From positions 10,131 through 74,130 of the forward strand of contig CAMPAR010000002.1 in assembly GCA_946632055.1 (NCBI GenBank): a DNA stretch of 64,000 bases, written 5' to 3'. The stretch comes from an uncultured Lachnospiraceae bacterium (GTDB lineage: Bacteria > Bacillota > Clostridia > Lachnospirales > Lachnospiraceae). Every line of letters starts with the position of its first letter. Position 1 is the stretch's first letter. The position numbers and the translations under genes were made by a program. The notes beneath the pieces were generated by a model. It was not told the DNA's origin and searched no databases. It saw nothing but the letters and a program-made list of their open reading frames with translations. Shown piece after piece: positions 18,848 to 25,840 of the stretch.

Positions 18848-19726
18848 TCACTGGATATCAATAATCACCAGCTCCGGCGGGTTATAGAAGCGGGGCACGA
18901 GGGTCGATTCGCGGGCAAGTCCGCGGCTCACGATCATCGTGACCCCGTTTTCTTTGTATTCTCCGCCGGAATATTTCGGGAAGAGTCCCTGATGCGGCGC
19001 GTAGAGTCCGTTCTTTGTCCAGGGAAGCCGCCACTGCCCGCCGTGCGCGTGTCCGGAGAGCACGAGATCGAAGCGGTGCCGCGTATAAAGCGGGAACAGC
19101 TCCGGACGGTGGGAGAGGAGCAGGCTGAACGCAGAGGGATCGAGCGCTTCTTCGAGGAGGTCAAGCTCCTCCGGCACGCGGCCGCTGTACGAGCTCTGGC
19201 CTCTTCTGAAATGAAAATCCAGCACCTTGTCCGGGTCGTCGACGCCGAAGATCTGAAGCTTTTCGCCGCGGATTTCCAGATTTTCCACGCTTCCCGCGAG
19301 CCTTTTCACGCCGTACTTTTCGAGAAGGGCCATTTTCCGAAGGAAGGCCTCCTCCGACGCCCAGTACTCGTGATTGCCGGTCACATAGAAGCAGGGATAG
19401 CGGTCCGCGATCCCCTTGAGAAGATATTCGGTCTCCGTGTCCTCCCGCTTATCGTCGAAGATATCGCCGGTCAGCACAATGATGTCCGGCTTCTCCCGGT
19501 CAATCGCGGCGATCAGCCTTTCCTGTTCCTTCCCGTAGCCGCAGGAGTGCAGGTCCGATACCTGCGCGATCCGGACCGGGCGCTGCAGCTGATCGCTCTC
19601 TACGGTATAGTGCCGCACGGTCAGTCCCGTGTAAAGCCCCGGGATGAGAAAGAGGAGCAGCACGGCGGCTGCGATGAGAAATCCGATCATTTTTTTCTTA
19701 CCTGTCTGTGTTTTCATATGCTGCAT
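18848..19726 (-). CDS. membrane-anchored metallophosphoesterase (YkuE-like)
   Basis: Motifs VSDLH, GDIFDD, GNHEYW, SGHAHGGQ. N-terminal TM segment. Confidence 0.85.
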   Translation of the reverse strand: MQHMKTQTGKKKMIGFLIAAAVLLLFLIPGLYTGLTVRHYTVESDQLQRPVRIAQVSDLHSCGYGKEQERLIAAIDREKPDIIVLTGDIFDDKREDTETEYLLKGIADRYPCFYVTGNHEYWASEEAFLRKMALLEKYGVKRLAGSVENLEIRGEKLQIFGVDDPDKVLDFHFRRGQSSYSGRVPEELDLLEEALDPSAFSLLLSHRPELFPLYTRHRFDLVLSGHAHGGQWRLPWTKNGLYAPHQGLFPKYSGGEYKENGVTMIVSRGLARESTLVPRFYNPPELVIIDIQ

Positions 19727-19870
19727 TATACCTTTTGATATTCCTTTTGGCAAGGGCGGAAAATCCGCCGGCAGCCCGATTGCCTGCCGGAGAAATATTT
19801 TTTCTGCTGTCACCGAAGAGTCGCTTTCGACTGGTAAAATGACCTCACATTACAGAGGAGGAATGAACTC

Positions 19871-20156
19871 TTGGAAATTCTCAGAATCGAAAACCTGACA
19901 AAGACCTACGGTACCGGCGAGAACCTCGTCCGGGCGCTTGACAACGTGTCCTTCAGCGTGGAGAAGGGCGAATTCATCTCGATCATCAGGCCCTCGGGCT
20001 CCGGAAAGTCGACGCTCCTTCACATCATCGGCGGCGTGGACCGTCCGACCTCCGGAAAAGTGTATATGAACGGGCAGGACGTGTACGCGCAGAATGAGGA
20101 GCTGCTTGCGATCTACCGGGTCACCCGCATCAGCTTCGACGTCAGCTTCGGACACA
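19871..20156 (+). pseudogene. 5' fragment of an ABC transporter ATP-binding gene (MacB/LolD-type), truncated
   Basis: TTG start behind GGAGG. The first ~90 codons match the ABC NBD N-terminus, with an altered Walker A (IIRPSGSGKST where GPSGSGKST is usual). Similarity ends before the Q-loop/signature, at the REP palindrome at 20157. Confidence 0.7.
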
Positions 20157-20207
20157 CCGGGGACAGGTTCCAAATGACGAATTTAGTCATTTGGAACCTG
20201 TCCCCGG
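20157..20207. repeat. family-R REP palindrome (full hairpin copy)
   Basis: CCGGGGACAGGTTCCAAATGAC GAATTT AGTCATTTGGAACCTGTCCCCGG. Same family as the repeats flanking the RAYT gene at 34367-35446. Confidence 0.9.
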
Positions 20208-20291
20208 TGCTTACCGGAATATTCTGCTTGACACCGGGCGGGCCGGCGGTGTATCCTTGCCTAATCAGGGTAAAGAGATCGGAGGAACGCC

Positions 20292-21200
20292 ATGATTTAC
20301 ACCGTCACACTGAACCCGTCACTCGACTATTTTGCGATGACGGAATCCGTATCCGAGGGGAAAACCAACCGTACGCATGACGAATACATCGTACCGGGCG
20401 GGAAAGGTCTGAACGTCTCGATGGTGCTTTCGCGCCTCGGGACAAAAAGCGCGGCGATCGGCTTTACGGCCGGCTTTACCGGCGCGGAGCTTGTGCGCCT
20501 GCTTTCGGAGGAGAAGGTGGACACGGAGATGATCGACGCCGGGGAAGGCTTCACGCGCATCAACGTCAAAATCAACTGCGGGAAAGTGACGGAATTCAAC
20601 GGCGCCGGGATTACGCTTTCGGAAGAGCTCGTCACAACGCTGAAAAAGCGCCTTTCGGCGCTTTCCGGCGAAGATCTTGTGATTCTGTCCGGAAGTATAC
20701 CGAAAGGCGCGAAAAAGGGCCTTTATCATGATCTCATGGCATCCACCGCGGCCCGGGTGATTCTGGACTGCTCCGGAGAGGCCTTAAAGGAAGCCCTGCC
20801 CCTGCATCCCCTCCTCATCAAGCCGAACGATGAGGAAATCGAGGAGCTCGCGGGACACCCCGTCGAAACCGAAGAAGCGCTTCGGGCTGAAATGCTAAAG
20901 TTTCAGGCGCTCGGGGCCGTCAACGTCATGGTCTCCTTAGGCGCACGCGGCGCGGTCCTTCTCACGGAGGGCGGAGACTTCTTCTCCTGTACGCCCCCGG
21001 CCGTCCCGGCCGGACGCCCCTTCAACACCGTCGCCGCCGGAGACTCCATGATCGCGGGCTTCATCCACGCGTATCGGACGACCCCGGATTATGAAAAAGC
21101 CCTCCGCTTCGCCGTCACGGTCGGAACCGCAGCCGCCTATTCGGAGTGGCTTCCCGAAAAATCATTTATCGATAGTCTGTGGAACCAGTTTTCGGAATAA
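20292..21200 (+). CDS. pfkB: 1-phosphofructokinase / PfkB-family sugar kinase
   Basis: 302 aa. MIYTVTLNPSLDY.. and GGKGLNVS are typical of FruK/LacC. C-terminal PfkB motif region TVAAGDSM. Confidence 0.85.
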   Translation: MIYTVTLNPSLDYFAMTESVSEGKTNRTHDEYIVPGGKGLNVSMVLSRLGTKSAAIGFTAGFTGAELVRLLSEEKVDTEMIDAGEGFTRINVKINCGKVTEFNGAGITLSEELVTTLKKRLSALSGEDLVILSGSIPKGAKKGLYHDLMASTAARVILDCSGEALKEALPLHPLLIKPNDEEIEELAGHPVETEEALRAEMLKFQALGAVNVMVSLGARGAVLLTEGGDFFSCTPPAVPAGRPFNTVAAGDSMIAGFIHAYRTTPDYEKALRFAVTVGTAAAYSEWLPEKSFIDSLWNQFSE

Positions 21201-21201
21201 T

Positions 21202-21353
21202 CCGAGCCGAGGGTAATCATACTCCCTCATGAGGCGTATACGGAGTCACGCCGAAGAGGGAGTATGATCTCGCAGGCGAGTTTCGTCATAATCAGGCGAG
21301 TTTCGTCATAATCAGGCGAGTTCTATCAACCCCCAGGCAAGTTCCGCCAATGC
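21202..21353. repeat. family-B structured repeat, copy 2 (head, stem-loop, about four 20-bp tail units)
   Basis: Head 21202-21209. Stem ATCATACTCCCTC (21216-21228) pairs with GAGGGAGTATGAT (21256-21268). Tail CAGGCGAGTTTCGTCATAAT x2 plus two degenerate units to 21353. Fills the whole gap between two stop codons. Confidence 0.85.
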
Positions 21354-21827
21354 TCAGTCGGAGTTCTTCTCCTGATGGTCGATCCACATCCGGAGCATCT
21401 GGACCGCTCCGGAAATATCGTCCAGTTCTTTCTTGATGTCATCAAAATCCGCCTGCTCCTCGCGGTCGATCTTACCGTCGACGGCGATCTCGATCAGGCG
21501 GTCTTTGCGCTTCTCCAGGGAGTTGATCGCGTTCACGGTTTCCAGCGTAATCTGGGAAAGGGACTTCAGCTCCACCTCCGGCACATACACCTGGCCGATC
21601 GGGCACTCGTGCGAGCAGAAGTAATTGCAGAGGCGCGCGTCCCGGTAGCACTCGGACATGGCAAGAACCTCCTCCGGGTGCGGAAGAGAGCGCTGGCCTT
21701 CAATCTTTTCAATCCGGTCATCCGACACAAAACCCATCAGTTCCCCGGCTTTTTCGCGCGTGAGGTCAGCCGCTTCCCGGGAAAGCTGGTACACGGTTTT
21801 GTTCGCTCTTGTAGACTTTCTTCCCAT
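21354..21827 (-). CDS. XRE-family helix-turn-helix protein with Cys-rich segment
   Basis: 157 aa. N-terminal HTH-like region, CNYFCSHECPIG cluster, acidic coiled C-terminus. Confidence 0.7.
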   Translation of the reverse strand: MGRKSTRANKTVYQLSREAADLTREKAGELMGFVSDDRIEKIEGQRSLPHPEEVLAMSECYRDARLCNYFCSHECPIGQVYVPEVELKSLSQITLETVNAINSLEKRKDRLIEIAVDGKIDREEQADFDDIKKELDDISGAVQMLRMWIDHQEKNSD

Positions 21828-22155
21828 AACAATCTTCCTTTCGACAAGATCAGTCAGGTGCGCGCGAAAGACGGGCTGTGAGAAAAGCGCCGGTCTCCCC
21901 GCGGATCAGTTCATTTGGATGATATTGTCATTATATCATATATTATCAAAAAGAGAAGATGGTATTTTCCGGAACTTTCGAAGGAAGCGAAGCGCCCCGT
22001 ATAACAGCCCGTGATCCCGGGGCTTTCGGCGGATTAGGCCGTGGTAATCCGCATGTGCAGCCTCTTTACGATTCCGCAGAATTCTGCTATGATATCCGAC
22101 AAGGACAGCATAAAGAAAGAGCTGGTCCATCACCATGAAGAAAGGGGCAGAGAAC

Positions 22156-23661
22156 ATGGAAAAAATACTGATTCCACTGATTGTCGTCGGAGTGATCCTA
22201 CTCATCATCATTATCGTCACCGGGTATGTGAAGGCCCCGCCGGACAGAGCTTATATCATTTCCGGACTCCGCAGAGAGCCTCGGATTCTGATCGGACGCG
22301 CGGGCATCAAGCTCCCGTTCCTGGAAAGGAAGGATACGCTCGTCCTGAAGCAGGTGAGCATCGATATCAAGACCAACGGCTATGTGCCGACGCTCGACTT
22401 CATCGGCGTGGATATTGACGCGGTCGCGAAGGTCCGGGTGAAGACCGATCCCGAGGGCATCAAGATCGCGATGAAAAACTTCCTGAATATGGATGACAAG
22501 ACGATCATCGCGGCGCTGACGGACTCCCTGCAGGGTAATATGCGTGAGATCATCGGCACGGTCCGCCTGAAGGAGCTCAACACCGACCGGAAGAAATTCG
22601 GTGATGAGGTGCAGGAAAAGGCGCAGAAGGACATGAATGCGCTCGGCATCGAGATCATCTCCTGCAACATTCAGAAGATTGAAGACGAAAAGGGACTGAT
22701 CGTCGCCCTCGGTCAGGACAATATGTCCCAGATCCAGAAGGACGCGTCGATCGCGAAGGCCCAGGCCGATAAGGACGTGGCCATCGCGGAAGCGGAAGCG
22801 AAGCGCATGGCGAACGAGGCGCAGGTCGCGGCGGAAACCGAGATCGCGGCGAGAAAGAATGAACTCCGGATCCGCCAGGCGGAGCTGAAGCGTGAGTCCG
22901 ACGTGAAGCAGGCGGAGGCGGATGCGGCCTACGAAATCCAGCAGCAGGAACAGCGTAAGACCATCGAGGTCGCGACGGCGAACGCGAACATTGCCCGTCA
23001 GGAGCGCGAGATCGAGCTGAAGAAGAAGGACGTCGAAGTCACCGAGCAGACGCTGGACGCGCAGATCAAGAAGAAGGCGGAGGCCGAAAAGTACGCCCGC
23101 CAGCAGCAGGCGGAGGCCGAGCTCTTCGAGCGGCAGCGGAAGGCGGAAGCGGAGCGCTTCGAGCGCGAGAAGGAAGCGGAAGCCCGCAAGGTTCAGGCGG
23201 AAGCCGAGCTGTACGCTAAGACCCAGCAGGCGGAAGGTATCCGCGCCGTCGGCGAAGCGGAGGCGAAGGCCATTGAAGCGAAGGGCCTCGCGGAAGCGGA
23301 AGCGCTGGAAAAGAAGGCGGAAGCCATGAAGAAGTACGGCCAGGCGGCCATGATGGAAATGATCGTGAAGGCGCTTCCTGAAATGGCGGCGGCGATCGCG
23401 AAACCGCTCGAATCCATCGACAAGGTGACGATCATCGACGGCGGCGGCCAGGGCGGAACCGGCGTGGAGCAGATGGGCTCCTATGTGCCGAACGTCCTCG
23501 CGAAGACGATCGAGTCCGTGAAGGAAATTACGGGGCTCGACCTCGTCGAAGTCATGAAGGCCGAAACCTATGACGCGAAGGTCAATAAGAACGTCCATGT
23601 GACGGGACTTTCCGGGGAAGCGGCGGAAACCGTGAAGGAAGTCCTGAACACGGAAGAATAA
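22156..23661 (+). CDS. flotillin-like SPFH/band-7 protein (FloT/YuaG-like)
   Basis: N-terminal TM, SPFH domain, long A/E/K-rich coiled-coil (flotillin repeats). Start chosen at MEKILIPL, which has an SD. Confidence 0.9.
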   Translation: MEKILIPLIVVGVILLIIIIVTGYVKAPPDRAYIISGLRREPRILIGRAGIKLPFLERKDTLVLKQVSIDIKTNGYVPTLDFIGVDIDAVAKVRVKTDPEGIKIAMKNFLNMDDKTIIAALTDSLQGNMREIIGTVRLKELNTDRKKFGDEVQEKAQKDMNALGIEIISCNIQKIEDEKGLIVALGQDNMSQIQKDASIAKAQADKDVAIAEAEAKRMANEAQVAAETEIAARKNELRIRQAELKRESDVKQAEADAAYEIQQQEQRKTIEVATANANIARQEREIELKKKDVEVTEQTLDAQIKKKAEAEKYARQQQAEAELFERQRKAEAERFEREKEAEARKVQAEAELYAKTQQAEGIRAVGEAEAKAIEAKGLAEAEALEKKAEAMKKYGQAAMMEMIVKALPEMAAAIAKPLESIDKVTIIDGGGQGGTGVEQMGSYVPNVLAKTIESVKEITGLDLVEVMKAETYDAKVNKNVHVTGLSGEAAETVKEVLNTEE

Positions 23662-23674
23662 ACTTTAGAAGCCA

Positions 23675-23709
23675 AAAAAGTCTGTGAAATCCGCTTTCAC
23701 AGACTTTTT
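23675..23709. terminator. bidirectional rho-independent terminator
   Basis: AAAAAGTCTGTGAAA / TTTCACAGACTTTTT perfect stem flanked by A- and T-runs. Confidence 0.75.
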
Positions 23710-23729
23710 TGTTGGACATCTGTTGGACA
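23704..23729 (+). promoter_or_regulatory. 26-nt conserved element with TTGGACA-N4-TTGGACA direct repeat (copy 1)
   Basis: CTTTTTTGTTGGACATCTGTTGGACA is identical to 30270-30295. A TTATTC -10-like hexamer follows 7 nt downstream. Lies about 100 nt upstream of the phosphatase ATG. Confidence 0.5.
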
Positions 23730-23827
23730 GGGAGTGTTATTCTGCTGCTGTAAGATCAGGAAAAGTGCGTATTTTCGGTCAGAAGAATACGCTTGTATGT
23801 TTTTTACAGCTACAGAGGAGGCAGGTC

Positions 23828-25189
23828 ATGAAAACGCTCCCGAAAACCCTCATCGCGATCGTCATCAGTCTGGCAGCAGCATTTCTTCTGCTGTCCTGTC
23901 TTGACGCGTTCTATGAGAGTGAGTCGGGTACGATTGAGGAAATCCTGACCGGTGAGGAACAGCCGGACGAGAAGGGCCTGCTGCACCCGGGCTACACGCT
24001 GCAGCAGACGGTCATCTTAAGCCGCCACAATATCCGTTCGCCCCTGAGCGGAAAAGGCTCGGTGCTGGATTCGATTACGCCTTACGAGTGGTTCCAGTGG
24101 ACCTCGGAACCCGGCGAGCTTTCGGTGCGCGGAGGCGTTCTCGAGACCGAGATGGGCCAGTATTTCCGCAAGTGGTTTGAGAGAGAAGGGCTGTTCCCGG
24201 AGGACTGCCAGCCGGAGGACGGCGAAGTGCGGATCTATGCGAACGCCAAGCAGCGCACCATCGCGACCGCGCGCTTCTTTGCCGCGGGGCTTCTGCCGAA
24301 TGCGAATGCGGAAGTGGAGTATCACGGGGAATTCAATTCGATGGACCCGGTGTTTAATCCGCAGCTTCATTTCATGACGGACGAATACCGGCAGGACGCG
24401 GACAATGAAATCCATGCGCTCTTCGATAAAAAAATCGCCGGACTGTCGGACAACTTCGAATTCCTTCAGGAGCTGATCAATATGAAGCAGTCCGAGGGGT
24501 ATCTGGACGGAAGCATCACGGATTTTTCCACGGAGGACACCTCGCTCATTCTGGAGGAGGACGCGGAGCCCGGAATGGCCGGTTCCCTCAAAACCGCCTG
24601 CTCCGTGAGCGATGCGCTCGTGCTGCAGTACTATGAAGCAAAAGAGCCCGAGGCCTCTTTCGGCCGGACGCTGACGACGGAACAGTGGGAGCAGATCGCG
24701 GAGATCAAGGACGTGTACGAGGATGTGCTGTTTACGGCGCCGCTGGTCGCATCGAACGCGGCGAACCCGCTTCTTCGGGAAATCGAAGCCGAGCTGAACG
24801 AAGAAGGGCGGAAGGTAAGCTTCCTCTGCGGGCATGACTCGAACCTTGCGAGCGTCCTTGCGGCGCTGGAGGCGGAGGACTACAGACTGCCCCACGCAAT
24901 AGAGAAAAAGACGCCGATCGGCTGCAAGCTCGTCATCGGCAGATGGAAGAGTTCGGACGGGAAGAACTATGTCTCCCTGGATCTTGTGTACCAGACCGCG
25001 GAGCAGTTAAGAGGCGTGACGCTTCTTGACGATGAGAATCCTCCGGCGGCGGTGCCGGTTTACCTGAAGGGCCTGAAAACGAACCGGGACGGCCTGTATG
25101 AAGAGGAAGCCTTCGAAAAGCGCCTGAAGGAAGCCATCGACCGCTATCAGGAGCTTCAGGAAAGCTACGCGGTCCCGGACGCGGCTTAA
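23828..25189 (+). CDS. secreted histidine acid phosphatase (branch 2; AppA/Agp/phytase-like) lipoprotein
   Basis: Lipobox LLLSC. Catalytic RHNIRSP (RHGxRxP) and downstream HD motif (CGHDSN). Confidence 0.8.
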   Translation: MKTLPKTLIAIVISLAAAFLLLSCLDAFYESESGTIEEILTGEEQPDEKGLLHPGYTLQQTVILSRHNIRSPLSGKGSVLDSITPYEWFQWTSEPGELSVRGGVLETEMGQYFRKWFEREGLFPEDCQPEDGEVRIYANAKQRTIATARFFAAGLLPNANAEVEYHGEFNSMDPVFNPQLHFMTDEYRQDADNEIHALFDKKIAGLSDNFEFLQELINMKQSEGYLDGSITDFSTEDTSLILEEDAEPGMAGSLKTACSVSDALVLQYYEAKEPEASFGRTLTTEQWEQIAEIKDVYEDVLFTAPLVASNAANPLLREIEAELNEEGRKVSFLCGHDSNLASVLAALEAEDYRLPHAIEKKTPIGCKLVIGRWKSSDGKNYVSLDLVYQTAEQLRGVTLLDDENPPAAVPVYLKGLKTNRDGLYEEEAFEKRLKEAIDRYQELQESYAVPDAA

Positions 25190-25530
25190 TCGGCCTCGAT
25201 TTCTTTAATAATGCACTCGTTTCCCTTCAGGAGCCAGGTTTCCCCGGAGCCGCAGTGCGGACAGGTACGGCCGTATTTCACGGTTTCGTAAGTGCTTTTG
25301 CAGCTGTCGCACCAGGTGACGGCCGGGATGGTCTCCATGCGGAGCTCCGCCTCAGCAAGGACCGGGTGCCTTTTTCTGAAATAATTCCAGCAGTCTTCAA
25401 AATAGTCGGTGACAATCCCGCTGACTTCCCCGATTTCCAGTGTGACGGAGGAGATCCTTTTCAGGTTCTCCTCCGTCGCTGTCTGTTCGAGCGTCTTCGC
25501 GAGGTGTATAATAATCCCCATTTCGTGCAT
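25186..25530 (-). CDS. hypA: hydrogenase/urease-type nickel insertion protein HypA
   Basis: 114 aa. N-terminal MHEMG (MHE nickel site) and zinc ribbon CDSC..CPHCG. Confidence 0.85.
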   Translation of the reverse strand: MHEMGIIIHLAKTLEQTATEENLKRISSVTLEIGEVSGIVTDYFEDCWNYFRKRHPVLAEAELRMETIPAVTWCDSCKSTYETVKYGRTCPHCGSGETWLLKGNECIIKEIEAD

Positions 25531-25548
25531 AACACTGCTCCATAAACC

Positions 25549-25677
25549 CCGAGCCGTACGGGTTGAATTGTATTTTCATGCAGAGCTCACTCCGAGCCGT
25601 CCGGGCTGATTTGTCTTTCCATGCAAAGTTCACCTCGAGCCGCCCGGGTTGATTTGTATTTCCATGCAGATCTCACC
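25549..25677. repeat. three tandem 43-bp repeats, each starting with the CCGAGCCG head
   Basis: Units start at 25549, 25592 and 25635 (CCGAGCCGTACGGGTTGAATTGTATTTTCATGCAGAGCTCACT and variants). Immediately followed by family-B copy 3. Confidence 0.85.
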
Positions 25678-25748
25678 CCGAGCCGAGGGTAATCATACTT
25701 CCTCATGAGGCGTATACGGAGTCACGCCGAAGAGGAAGTATGATCACG
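25678..25748. repeat. family-B structured repeat, copy 3 (head and stem-loop)
   Basis: Head 25678-25685. Stem ATCATACTTCCTC (25692-25704) pairs with GAGGAAGTATGAT (25732-25744). The 27-nt loop is identical to copy 2. Confidence 0.85.
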
Positions 25749-25840
25749 CAGGCGAGTTTTGCCATTACAGGCGAGTTTTGCCATTACAGGCGAGTTTTGC
25801 TATTACAGGCGAGTTTTGCCATTACAGGCGAGTTCAGCAA
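25749..25840. repeat. tandem 19-bp tail array of family-B copy 3 (4 full units plus 1 partial)
   Basis: CAGGCGAGTTTTGCCATTA units at 25749, 25768, 25787 and 25806, with a partial unit at 25825. Ends exactly at the stop codon (25841) of the 977-aa gene. Confidence 0.85.

Noticed and set aside
18815-19738. ORFs beginning MITQASFA.. at 18815 and 25740 (a related one at 21263), each preceded by an SD-like GAGGAAG
   Set aside because: The start and SD are simply the 3' arm of the family-B hairpin. Downstream sequence is either antisense to a real gene or runs through 19/20-bp repeats whose period is not divisible by three, so the peptide is not conserved between copies.
21354-23661. Divergent XRE-like gene plus flotillin as a candidate defence or stress module
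   Set aside because: Flotillin is a common housekeeping membrane-organisation protein. No nuclease, NTPase, toxin-like or other effector domain is adjacent, and nothing in the sequence links the two genes functionally.
25700-25736. Hammerhead-ribozyme-like core in the conserved loop (CUCAUGA-GGCGU..ACGCC-GAA-G versus CUGAUGA-stem II-GAAA)
   Set aside because: The essential G5 is a C and A15.1 is a G. The flanking arms pair with each other, giving a two-helix hairpin rather than the required three-way junction with a cleavage-site strand.
25692-25744. TCATAC .. GTATGA half-sites next to hypA, reminiscent of the NikR operator (GTATGA-N16-TCATAC)
   Set aside because: The orientation and the 32-nt spacing do not fit. 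The half-sites are just the hairpin arms. Copy 1 of the same element has different arm sequence, and copies 1 and 2 are next to genes unrelated to nickel.
25549-25840. Possible CRISPR array (regularly spaced repeats)
   Set aside because: The repeats are directly tandem with no unique spacers (periods of 43 bp and 19 bp). No cas genes are in the window.
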